Assembly: GCA_964386665.1 (NCBI GenBank)
Contig: CAYLQP010000001.1
Location: 48,111-112,110, forward strand
Length of the DNA: 64,000 nt
From: an uncultured Candidatus Saccharibacteria bacterium
GTDB lineage: Bacteria; Patescibacteriota; Minisyncoccia; Phycocordibacterales; CAIRYW01
Reading direction: 5' to 3'
Below are positions 53,020-61,734 of this stretch, piece after piece (positions within the stretch are counted from its first letter, which is position 1; each line of letters opens with the position of its first letter). The translations under genes were made by a program, and so were the position numbers. Below the pieces are notes generated by a model. It was not told where the DNA came from, searched no databases, and saw only the letters and a list, made by a program, of their open reading frames with translations.

Positions 53020-54402
53020 TCAAATCTTCGTCACTACTTGTTCATCTCCTTGGTCTTTGACTTCAAAACCTTGCTCACGAATAAGAGTTCGTAGATGGTC
53101 TGATGTGTGGAAGTCTTTTTTATCTCGAGCTTCTTTTCTTTGGTGAAGGAGCATTGTCACTTCTGCTGGGACATTTACTTTTTCTACAACCACTTGTTCA
53201 AGTCCAAATCCAAAGACACTATCCATTCGAAGAAGTGTCGCTTTTTTGTCTTCATTGGTTATGTTGGTGTCTTTGATAAGTTCCCAAAGGAGCACAAGTG
53301 CCTTTGGAGTGTCTAAGTCGTCATTTACCGCTTGATCAAACTTTTCGATATAGTCGAAATGGATACTTCCAGAAGTTGTAGTGAGAAGTAGGAAATGATC
53401 TCGCAGTTTGCGCCACGCTGTTTCACTCGCTTGAAGTGCAATAAGTGAATAATCCACTCGAGTTGAATATCTGCTTTGTAAATACCACATTCGTACTCCC
53501 ATCGGACTGATTCCTTGTGTGTATATATAATCAAGAGACAAGAAGTTTTCGCCGGACTTTGCCATCTTTTCGCCTGTGATAGTGATATGGTTATTATGAA
53601 CCCAGTATCGTGCAAGTATCTTGTCTGTTGCTGCCTTACTCTGAGCTATTTCGTTGTTGTGGTGAACTGGAATATGGTCAATACCACCTGTGTGGATATC
53701 AAACTCACTTCCAAGATACTTCATACTCATAGCTGAGCATTCGATATGCCATCCTGGAAATCCGCATCCAAATGGTGCATCAAATCCAAGACCTTCTTTA
53801 TCTGCAAATTTCCAAAGCGCGAAATCTTCAGGGTTGTGTTTTTCGGGATTGATACCGATTCGTGAATGATCGGTATTTGCAGTCATTCCTCCAAGGATGC
53901 CGTATTCAGGATCTTTTGAAGTATCGAAGTAGAGCCCATCACCTGTTTTGTACACAAACCCTTTTTGATCGAGAGTTTTTATCAGTTCTATCTGGTCAGC
54001 TATGTGTTCACTTGCAAAGGTAAACTTGGTAGGCAACACACAGTTAAGTAAAAGAAAATCTTTTTTAAATGCTTCAAAATATGTCTTTGAAACTTCTTTA
54101 AGAGACTCAAGTGACATTTCTTTGCCTTCACGTTTGATTGCTTTGACCATCTTGTCTTCACCGTCATCTGCATCACTTGTGAGATGTCCAATATCGGTCA
54201 CATTGATAATATGTGTGACATCGAACCCATTGTAGAGAAGTACACGTTTGAGTGTATCAGCGAAAAAGTACGCACGAAGGTTTCCGATATGGGCAAAATT
54301 GTAGACCGTTGGTCCACAGGTATACATTGTCACTTTGTGTGCAACAAGAGGGGTAAATATTTCTTTTGTTTTGTGTAAGGTGTTAAAAAGTTTTATGTCC
54401 AT
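53020..54402 (-). CDS. cysS: cysteine--tRNA ligase
   Basis: CGPTVY..HIGN, DFALWK, PGWHIECSAM, DIHTGGIDH, KMAKS. Confidence 0.98.
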   Translation of the reverse strand: MDIKLFNTLHKTKEIFTPLVAHKVTMYTCGPTVYNFAHIGNLRAYFFADTLKRVLLYNGFDVTHIINVTDIGHLTSDADDGEDKMVKAIKREGKEMSLESLKEVSKTYFEAFKKDFLLLNCVLPTKFTFASEHIADQIELIKTLDQKGFVYKTGDGLYFDTSKDPEYGILGGMTANTDHSRIGINPEKHNPEDFALWKFADKEGLGFDAPFGCGFPGWHIECSAMSMKYLGSEFDIHTGGIDHIPVHHNNEIAQSKAATDKILARYWVHNNHITITGEKMAKSGENFLSLDYIYTQGISPMGVRMWYLQSRYSTRVDYSLIALQASETAWRKLRDHFLLLTTTSGSIHFDYIEKFDQAVNDDLDTPKALVLLWELIKDTNITNEDKKATLLRMDSVFGFGLEQVVVEKVNVPAEVTMLLHQRKEARDKKDFHTSDHLRTLIREQGFEVKDQGDEQVVTKI

Positions 54403-54467
54403 ATGTATTATAGATATAGTATATAGCGGATTATGATTTTCGTATAGATTAAGGTATAATAGCGCCT

Positions 54468-55931
54468 ATGAAATCTCACATTACATCGATAATTGCATTT
54501 TTAAAAAGAAAAAAGTTTTGGGTTCTTGGAGTACTTGTTATTGTTCTATTTTTTGTTTTTGGGGGAGATTCAAAGGAATCTGACCAAACACACACAGTTG
54601 CGCGAGGTGAATTCATAAAATCTGTTTCAGTCTCTGGAAAGGTGGTGGCAACAGAGCGGGTTGATATGTCATTTGATGCATCAGGAACGGTTGGTTTCGT
54701 GTATAAAAAGGTAGGGGATATGGTCAAAAAAGGCGAAACAATCGTTGCTCTTGATTCAAGTGAACTTGGAGCGCAAAGACAAAAGGCGGTTGCAGAATTG
54801 ATGTCGAAGGAAGCTGAACTTGCAAAATTCAAATCAGGAACAAGTGAAAATACAGCAATTCAAACCAATAAAAGACAAGTGGTAAACAGTATTTTTGATG
54901 CGTATACAAACGCTGATGATGCGGTACGAAACAAAGTTGATCAGTTTTATGATAATGGGCGAGAAAGTAATCCTGAAATCAAATATACATTTACAAATTA
55001 TTTCGACACTAAGACAAAGCTGAATAATGAACGAGAGGTTGTAGAAAACGTGTTGCGTGTATGGCAGACAGACATTTCAAATTTAACTATAGAAAATTAT
55101 ACCGAGAATATACTTGATAAAGCATATTCAAACTTACTGACAGTAAAACGTTTCCTTGATAACGTTTCATTCGCAGTAAACTCATTTGAAGAAAGTAATG
55201 TGCTCACGCGTACAATGATTGAAAAGTATCGTAGCGACATAGCAACAGGACGAAGTAATGTAAACAGTTCAATGTCGAGTTTGGCAAGTATTTCTGATGA
55301 TTTACGAGATTCAATATCAGACATCCCTGTGTATGAAGCAAATGTGAGGTCAGCTCGAGCAGAAGTAGCACGAGTTGATGCGGAAATAGCAAAAACACGA
55401 ATTGTTGCTCCATTTGACGGAATAGTAGCCCTTCAAGATGGTAAAAAGGGTGAAGCAATAGGGCAGAATACTGAAATCGTCTCAGTAATTAGCCCTGATT
55501 TCGAGATAGAAGTATTTGTTCCTGAGGTAAGTGTTGCAGGGGTTTTGCTTGGCAACAAAGCTGAGGTACGTCTCGATGCTTTTGAGGGTAAGAATAATTT
55601 TGTTGGAGAAGTGATTCATATTGATCCAGCTGAAACGGAAAAAGATGGTGTCTCAAATTATAAGGTTAAAATAAAACTACTTGAAGTTAATACACACGTA
55701 CTTCCAGGTATGACAACAGATGTGATTATTGAGAAAGAACGTCGAGAAGGAGTACTTGCTATTCCTTTGAAGTTTATAATTCCTGGTACAAAAAAAGTTC
55801 TTATACAGAAAAACAAAAAAGAACAAGAAGAGCGAGCAATTGTGTTGGGCGAAAATGATGGACGCGGTAATGTAGAGGTGCTTGAAGGGTTATCTGAAGG
55901 TGAAGTACTTACACTTCCTGCCCTAAAATAA
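54468..55931 (+). CDS. efflux periplasmic adaptor (MacA/HlyD-like)
   Basis: N-terminal TM segment; SGTV...VGD.VKKG lipoyl half, long coiled coil, IVAPFDG, PGMT, VLEGLSEGE. Confidence 0.88.
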   Translation: MKSHITSIIAFLKRKKFWVLGVLVIVLFFVFGGDSKESDQTHTVARGEFIKSVSVSGKVVATERVDMSFDASGTVGFVYKKVGDMVKKGETIVALDSSELGAQRQKAVAELMSKEAELAKFKSGTSENTAIQTNKRQVVNSIFDAYTNADDAVRNKVDQFYDNGRESNPEIKYTFTNYFDTKTKLNNEREVVENVLRVWQTDISNLTIENYTENILDKAYSNLLTVKRFLDNVSFAVNSFEESNVLTRTMIEKYRSDIATGRSNVNSSMSSLASISDDLRDSISDIPVYEANVRSARAEVARVDAEIAKTRIVAPFDGIVALQDGKKGEAIGQNTEIVSVISPDFEIEVFVPEVSVAGVLLGNKAEVRLDAFEGKNNFVGEVIHIDPAETEKDGVSNYKVKIKLLEVNTHVLPGMTTDVIIEKERREGVLAIPLKFIIPGTKKVLIQKNKKEQEERAIVLGENDGRGNVEVLEGLSEGEVLTLPALK

Positions 55932-55940
55932 ATTTGCTCG

Positions 55941-57215
55941 ATGAAACAAATTCAAACCAGAATAAAAAAAATGCTTGAACGAGTACGAATTGGTTGGTTT
56001 TTGGCCTTTCGACAAATAAAACGTGCTAACAAGTGGACAACGATTTTGATTGTTGCAGTTATGGTACTCACGTTTTTGAATTTGGTTGTTGTTTCTGGGA
56101 TTTTGGTTGGACTGATTGAAGGGGCTGTGCAAGCGAACAAAGAATATTATACAAGCGATATTCTTATCTCTAAGCTTCCTAAAAAAGAATACATAGAACA
56201 AAGTAGTCAGATAATTGATATTGTGAACGCTCAAGAGGAAATCGAAAAGATTTCTGCAAGGTATCTTGAATCAGGGACTGTTGAGGCAAACTATCAAATT
56301 GCTGCAAAAGAAGAAGAGATTGATACTGCGTCAGGTCCTTTTGCGGGGATTGATCCATCATCTGAAGAATCTCTCACCAATATCTCAAAATTTATTATTG
56401 AAGGAGAATATTTAGATGAAAATGATTTTGATCAAGTTCTTATAGGAGCGTATATGCTCAAAAAATATTTTCCTGTAGAGTCTCCTGGGTTTTCTACTCT
56501 TGATAATGTTGAGGTGGGAGATAAGGTGCGAATTACTGTTGCAGGTATTACTCGAGAAGTAAAAATAAAAGGCATCGTAAAATCAAAAGTAGATGAGCTT
56601 TCTTATAGACTCTTTTTTCCTGAAAAACAATTCCGTAGTCTTATAGGACGAACAGATTATAATGTCGATGAAATTTCAATCAAACTCAAAAAAGGGATTG
56701 ATCCAGTTGTAGTAAAAGAAGCACTTCTTCGAAGTGGAGTGGGGACATATGCTCGTGTACAAACATTTGAGGAAGCTCAGCCAAAATTCCTCAAAGATAT
56801 CAAAGCAACTTTTGCACTCCTTGGTAATGCAATCGGGTCTATTGGACTTGCGGTTGCATCGATTACCATCTTCATCGTTATCTTCATTAATGCAATTACG
56901 CGTCGAAAATATATTGGAATTATGAAAGGGATTGGGATTAATGGAAAAGTCATTGAAACGTCTTATATGTTTCAATCTATCTTTTATGCTTTGTGCGGTT
57001 CTGTAATAGGGGTTGTGATTGTGTACGCTTTTCTTGTACCTGTGTTTGAAGCTCATCCAATTAACTTTCCGTTTTCGGATGGAATTCTTGTAGCAACAGT
57101 TGCAGGTACAACCACAAAAGTCGTTATTTTGATGATTACGACAATTATTGCTGGGTATATTCCAGCGCGAATGATTGTTCGTAAGAATACATTAGATGCA
57201 ATTTTAGGACGATAA
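55941..57215 (+). CDS. FtsX/MacB-like ABC permease
   Basis: One TM, a large extracytoplasmic domain, three TMs; RRKYIGIMKGIG, YIPAR. Confidence 0.88.
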   Translation: MKQIQTRIKKMLERVRIGWFLAFRQIKRANKWTTILIVAVMVLTFLNLVVVSGILVGLIEGAVQANKEYYTSDILISKLPKKEYIEQSSQIIDIVNAQEEIEKISARYLESGTVEANYQIAAKEEEIDTASGPFAGIDPSSEESLTNISKFIIEGEYLDENDFDQVLIGAYMLKKYFPVESPGFSTLDNVEVGDKVRITVAGITREVKIKGIVKSKVDELSYRLFFPEKQFRSLIGRTDYNVDEISIKLKKGIDPVVVKEALLRSGVGTYARVQTFEEAQPKFLKDIKATFALLGNAIGSIGLAVASITIFIVIFINAITRRKYIGIMKGIGINGKVIETSYMFQSIFYALCGSVIGVVIVYAFLVPVFEAHPINFPFSDGILVATVAGTTTKVVILMITTIIAGYIPARMIVRKNTLDAILGR

Positions 57216-57225
57216 TAAAAAAAAG

Positions 57226-57888
57226 ATGATTGAAGTAAAAAATCTAGTAAAAACATTCGTAGATGGAGACAAAGAAACTCACGTACTGAAAGGAGTTAAT
57301 TTTGTCGCGAAACAAGGGGAATTCCTTGCAATTATGGGAAGAAGTGGTGCAGGGAAATCTACCTTTATGTATCAGTTGTCTCTGCTCGACACGCCAACAA
57401 GTGGGGAAATTTTTATTGAAGGAGTAGATACTCACAATATGGATGAAGACAAAAAAACAGAGTTTCGGTTGAACAATTTAGGGTATGTATTTCAAGATTA
57501 TGCACTCCTTCCAGATCTCACTGCTATTGAAAACGTGGCTCTCCCAATGCTTATGCAGGGCAAAGATAAGGCTCACGCATACAAAGAGGCCGAAATTTCG
57601 CTTACAAAAGTAGGGCTTGGACACCGGCTTGAAAACCTTCCTTCGAAACTTTCGGGAGGAGAACAACAACGTGTTTCGATTGCTCGAGCAATCGCTCACA
57701 AACCAAAAATCCTTTTTGCAGATGAACCAACCGCAAACCTTGACCGAGCATCTTCAGAAACAGTGTTAAATATTTTTAAAGAATTACACAAAGAAGGTCA
57801 AACAATTATTATGGTGACTCACGAAGAAGAATATGGTCGTGTTGCAGATAGGATTGTAAAGTTGGATGATGGGAGAATAGTAAATTAG
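57226..57888 (+). CDS. ABC ATPase (LolD/MacB-like)
   Basis: GRSGAGKST, LSGGEQQR, FADEPT, VTH. Confidence 0.95.
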   Translation: MIEVKNLVKTFVDGDKETHVLKGVNFVAKQGEFLAIMGRSGAGKSTFMYQLSLLDTPTSGEIFIEGVDTHNMDEDKKTEFRLNNLGYVFQDYALLPDLTAIENVALPMLMQGKDKAHAYKEAEISLTKVGLGHRLENLPSKLSGGEQQRVSIARAIAHKPKILFADEPTANLDRASSETVLNIFKELHKEGQTIIMVTHEEEYGRVADRIVKLDDGRIVN

Positions 57889-58016
57889 CTTCTAGCTTCT
57901 AGCTTTTAGTTGTTAGGTTTTAGTGATTAAAATTAATACTAGTGTATAAAAAAACTCCAACCACTGATTGAACATGGTGGGAGTATTGACTTAGAGAACT
58001 TGCCAAAAACCGGAGG

Positions 58017-58301
58017 TTATCCTTTAATGGGAAATCTTTCGAGGATAAGCCTGTTAAGTACCTCGATGCATTCAGCATTGTTTGGCAACTCAATAGCAAA
58101 AACTGTTTCTTGCTCTTCACCCCATACGGGATTAGATGTCGTTTGAAATGACTCATGAAACAGTTTTTTCAAACCATCCCACCCACCCATCGCCGCGACA
58201 TGCTCCTTGGGAACATACATAATGATTCTCCCAAGGTTTCTGGCCACGTTAAATGTCAGTGGCCCCGTATTTTCAGGATCAAATCTTCTTATTGGGTTCA
58301 T
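58017..58301 (-). CDS. hypothetical protein
   Basis: 94-aa ATG ORF; terminator actcc..ggagt plus T-run at 57948-57985. Confidence 0.55.
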   Translation of the reverse strand: MNPIRRFDPENTGPLTFNVARNLGRIIMYVPKEHVAAMGGWDGLKKLFHESFQTTSNPVWGEEQETVFAIELPNNAECIEVLNRLILERFPIKG

Positions 58302-58387
58302 TTGTGTTGGTTGTATCTTTTAATATTTTAACAATAATATATATATTTGTCAATAATATGTAGTTCTCTTTATACTCCATAATTAAG

Positions 58388-58412
58388 CTCCGCTAGGCAA
58401 GACCTAGCGGAG
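58388..58412. repeat. short GC-rich palindrome (REP-like)
   Basis: ctccgctagg-caaga-cctagcggag, no adjacent U-tract. Confidence 0.55.
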
Positions 58413-58445
58413 GTATTGTTTTTAGAGATATTTTAATAAGAAACA

Positions 58446-58480
58446 AAAAACCACCACCGAAAATTCTCGGTGGTGGTTTT
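58446..58480 (-). terminator. intrinsic terminator after mscL
   Basis: aaaaccaccaccga...tcggtggtggtttt. Confidence 0.8.
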
Positions 58481-58492
58481 ATGAAAGACTAC

Positions 58493-58801
58493 TTATGCTT
58501 GTGGAGCAGGAGCCGGCTTCTTGAGTAGTTTGTTAAGTGCCTTGATTGCAACAAATACTGAAAGCGCGATGATAACAAAGTTTACGAGTGAGTTAATGAA
58601 GCTTCCGATCTTGATTGCTCCAACTGTGATGGTACCGAAATCTGGTTGACCAAATACCATTGCAATTGCTTGCATAATCACATCATTTACAAGCGAGTTT
58701 ACGATATTGTTAAATGCAGTACCGATGACGATACCAACGGCAAGCTCGATAGCATTTCCTTTCACCGCAAATGCTTTAAATTCTTCAATGAAGTTTTTCA
58801 T
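58493..58801 (-). CDS. mscL: large-conductance mechanosensitive channel
   Basis: EFKAFAVKGNAIELAVGIVIG.AF..IVNSLV.D, GSFI...NF. Confidence 0.93.
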   Translation of the reverse strand: MKNFIEEFKAFAVKGNAIELAVGIVIGTAFNNIVNSLVNDVIMQAIAMVFGQPDFGTITVGAIKIGSFINSLVNFVIIALSVFVAIKALNKLLKKPAPAPQA

Positions 58802-59394
58802 TTTTGTTTCTTGTTATTAATAATTTCTTTTAATGCTGGAAGTATTGAGATAACAATAATCGCAATAATCACAGGGAGGAGATATCTGTCTGGATCTGGA
58901 ATAATGTTCCCGAACGCAAAGCCTCCAAGAATGAGTCCACATACCCATACAAATCCACCGATAACATTGTATCTCAAAAATGTTTTATATTCCATAGAGC
59001 CCACTCCTGCAATAATTGGGGTGAATGTTCGAACTATTGGCATAAAACGAGCGATGATAATTGCTTTTTTCCCATGCATTTCAAAAAACCTATGAGATTT
59101 CTCGACATGTTTTTTGTTCCAAAAGAAAGAATCTTCCTTCGTAAAGAGTTTTGGTCCCACTTTCTTACCAAACCAATACCCAACTGAGTCTCCAAGTACT
59201 GCTCCTAAGAAACAGAGAATAAGAAGTGGGATGAGTGGTATAAGTTCTTGAGAAGCAAGGAGTCCTGCGGTAAACAAAAGTGAATCTCCTGGAAGGAAAA
59301 AACCAAAGAAAAGTCCTGATTCTGCAAATATAATCAAAGGGGTTCCGATAAGACCAAGTGTTTCAACTAAAAATTTTGGATCGAGGTAGGACAT
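58798..59394 (-). CDS. dedA: DedA family membrane protein
   Basis: FAESGL..GFFLPGDSLLF, LGD.VGY, ARFMPIVRT. Confidence 0.93.
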   Translation of the reverse strand: MSYLDPKFLVETLGLIGTPLIIFAESGLFFGFFLPGDSLLFTAGLLASQELIPLIPLLILCFLGAVLGDSVGYWFGKKVGPKLFTKEDSFFWNKKHVEKSHRFFEMHGKKAIIIARFMPIVRTFTPIIAGVGSMEYKTFLRYNVIGGFVWVCGLILGGFAFGNIIPDPDRYLLPVIIAIIVISILPALKEIINNKKQK

Positions 59395-59406
59395 AAAAAG
59401 TTCTAA

Positions 59407-60378
59407 TTAATTTAGATGTTTAATGATCAAGTTAACTGTTTCATTTGGAGTTAGGTTCGAGTTGTTAATAACAAGATTATTTTTTAATGGAGCGGATGTT
59501 CGAAAATCATGTTTCTTTAAGTATTCTTTCATAATGGTTTGGTCGGTGAGTTTTTTATATTTTTTTCTTGAGTTGTCTGTAACACGTTTGAGGACTTTTT
59601 GGCTGTCTGCCTGAAGATGAATAAACAAGGCATTTTTTTTGTTTTTTAAAAATATTTTTTCTAATTTTTGCATGTATGCTGGATCACTTAAACCGGTAGG
59701 AGATATGTAATCATGAGAATAGCAATGGGTAATAATTATGTTTTGGTTGTTTCGTGAACAGAAATCATAAAATTCAAAGCGAATTTTTTCTATCATTTGA
59801 TTTGTTTCTATGGCACCGTGTTCAAATACACTTGTAACTAAATCATTGATAAGGTGATTGTGGGTCAACTTAAATCCTAGTTTTTTTGCAAGTAAAGTTC
59901 CTGTGGTTAGTTTTCCGACAGCCATTGTGCCATATAAGACAATAATATCGGTTTTCTTTTTTGATGTTTCTTTATTTATAATACTCGAATGAAATTTTTT
60001 TGGCATATAGCTTTTGATTCGTTTTATTTTAAATTCATATGTCTTGGCAAGTGGTTTGAGTGATACATAGAGTGCTTTTTGGTCATATCCAAGTGCTACA
60101 ATATCGGGTTTTAGCTTATTAAGTACGTTCCAACTCTCGATTTTTCTCTCTCCAATGAAGACTTTTGTTGCTATGCGAAGCTTTTCTACTTCTTTCTTTC
60201 GGATTTTTTCGGAATGTACTGGTTTCTGTCCTTTTAGGTAGATGACATTTTTGTTTGAAGATATTGAAACAAAGATATTGCCTAGCTTTTTTGCTTCGTT
60301 AAGGAAGTGAAGGTGTCCAGGATGGATTCCATCGAAGGTTCCGAAGAGTAATATTTTTTTTGTTGGTTGTTTTGTCAT
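59407..60378 (-). CDS. fusion of cytidylyltransferase-like (HPGH) domain and P-loop kinase domain
   Basis: GTFDGIHPGH..PDIVALGYDQ..HSS, then LYGTMAVGKLT..HNHL..L.A...L.RV...SR. Confidence 0.8.
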   Translation of the reverse strand: MTKQPTKKILLFGTFDGIHPGHLHFLNEAKKLGNIFVSISSNKNVIYLKGQKPVHSEKIRKKEVEKLRIATKVFIGERKIESWNVLNKLKPDIVALGYDQKALYVSLKPLAKTYEFKIKRIKSYMPKKFHSSIINKETSKKKTDIIVLYGTMAVGKLTTGTLLAKKLGFKLTHNHLINDLVTSVFEHGAIETNQMIEKIRFEFYDFCSRNNQNIIITHCYSHDYISPTGLSDPAYMQKLEKIFLKNKKNALFIHLQADSQKVLKRVTDNSRKKYKKLTDQTIMKEYLKKHDFRTSAPLKNNLVINNSNLTPNETVNLIIKHLN

Positions 60379-60453
60379 CGATAAGTTGCATTATACATCG
60401 ATATACTGTTGATATCCACTTTGCAATATCCTGCTTACTGATATAATAGATAT

Positions 60454-60540
60454 ATGAATGATTTAAGAAACAGCAAAAATGTTCGTCTTATTGTAATTAT
60501 TATTTTATTAGTAGTTGCATTTTATTTATATTTTAATTAA
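60454..60540 (+). CDS. putative 28-aa single-TM peptide
   Basis: MNDLRNSKNVRLIVIIILLVVAFYLYFN*; TGATATAAT box 6 nt upstream; ends 6 nt before the next gene. Confidence 0.5.
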   Translation: MNDLRNSKNVRLIVIIILLVVAFYLYFN

Positions 60541-60546
60541 AAACTC

Positions 60547-60930
60547 ATGGATTTGAATAATCTGAAAGATACGGTGACCGAAAAAGTAAAAAGCAATTAC
60601 AAGCCAAACACCGCAAAGAAAAAAGTTCTTCTCGGAGTAATCGTAGTCTTGCTTGGAGCACTTGGTCTTGAAATGACAAACAATGACTTCGATGTAAACA
60701 AACTTATTGAGACGGGGTCATTATCAGAGTCGAGAGTGATGCGAGATAAGGCTGGAAACGTGGTTACCGAAGGAGGGAAGTTCGAAGATGAATATAACTG
60801 TGCGGATTTTGAAACACAAAGTGAAGCTCAAAATTTCTTTGAAAAGGCTGGGGGAGTTACAAAAGATTTCAACCGACTTGATGGAAACAAAGATGGGCAA
60901 GCTTGTGAGAGTTTGAAAAAAGGGAATTAG
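60547..60930 (+). CDS. membrane-anchored Excalibur-like calcium-binding domain protein
   Basis: NCADF.TQ.EAQ...RLDGNKDGQACE. Confidence 0.82.
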   Translation: MDLNNLKDTVTEKVKSNYKPNTAKKKVLLGVIVVLLGALGLEMTNNDFDVNKLIETGSLSESRVMRDKAGNVVTEGGKFEDEYNCADFETQSEAQNFFEKAGGVTKDFNRLDGNKDGQACESLKKGN

Positions 60931-60969
60931 ATAATAGATAGATTATAATTAATAACTAATACAAATATT

Positions 60970-61080
60970 ATGGCAAAAAGATTAAGTACAGATATTAGAA
61001 ACAAAACATCACGATCTCGAAAGACAAAAAAACGACTTGCAGTTAAGCGAGAAAAGATCGCATCACGAAAAAAGAAATAA
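60970..61080 (+). CDS. 36-aa highly basic peptide
   Basis: MAKRLSTDIRNKTSRSRKTKKRLAVKREKIASRKKK*; host-typical CGA/AAA codons; A-rich leader. Confidence 0.6.
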   Translation: MAKRLSTDIRNKTSRSRKTKKRLAVKREKIASRKKK

Positions 61081-61108
61081 AACATTTTTTCGTTTTTTAT
61101 TCATATAG

Positions 61109-61723
61109 ATGATTTTCTTTCCTTCACAATATTCTTTTACACTTACATCAAAAAAATCGTTACATAAACGAGATGCGTCTTTGGTTGTTGCAAATAGTAT
61201 TGGGGAAGATACTCAAGGTGTTGATAACAATCGTCGAATGTTCTTCAAAGCTGCTTCTGTGGCAGGGCTTGGGCTTGTTGCGACCGCAGTCCTTCCGAAA
61301 TCTGCTAGTGCCTATATTGCCGGAGGAGCACCAACTTCAAATGTGGTAGGAGTAAAGGATGATGCGAACAATCGAATCAATCCTGCAACAGAGGAAACAG
61401 TCGCAGCGCTTCTTACTGGACAGGGTGTTACAAAACTTTCAATTAGTTTATCTTCTTCTGGGATCGTTCGTACTCCTGCTTCAGGAAAAAAGATTAGAGT
61501 ATATGCATCTCGATTTTCTCTCACTGCAGATGCGACATCTGTTTCGTTTCGTTTTACTGCTGGTGGAACTGATCACGAGAAATACGTATCACCTAAGACA
61601 GGTGGGCTTTATGGTGCAAACAATCATCCCAACTTCATTGAAGGAGGGGTTGATGAAGTGTTATACTGTGTGATAGCTGGAACAACGACCGTTCAAATTA
61701 ATATTGATTATTTAGAAGTTTAA
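61109..61723 (+). CDS. hypothetical protein with internal twin-arginine-like signal
   Basis: NRRMFFK, hydrophobic stretch, then ASA; beta-rich C-terminal domain. Confidence 0.75.
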   Translation: MIFFPSQYSFTLTSKKSLHKRDASLVVANSIGEDTQGVDNNRRMFFKAASVAGLGLVATAVLPKSASAYIAGGAPTSNVVGVKDDANNRINPATEETVAALLTGQGVTKLSISLSSSGIVRTPASGKKIRVYASRFSLTADATSVSFRFTAGGTDHEKYVSPKTGGLYGANNHPNFIEGGVDEVLYCVIAGTTTVQINIDYLEV

Positions 61724-61734
61724 TTTAAAGGATT

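Larger units (their letters stand above)
52428..53027. repeat. direct repeats (terminator plus promoter/leader blocks) separating the RNA units
   Basis: 52428-52489 resembles 52709-52772; 52662-52719 resembles 52970-53027; aagtcaaatct occurs three times, 281 and 308 nt apart. Confidence 0.92.

Noticed and set aside
52428-53027. CRISPR or TIGR array
   Set aside because: Repeats are 60-110 nt and contain promoter and terminator elements. The intervening segments are 170-200 nt and highly structured. No cas or Nop-domain gene is visible and there is no 36-nt periodicity.
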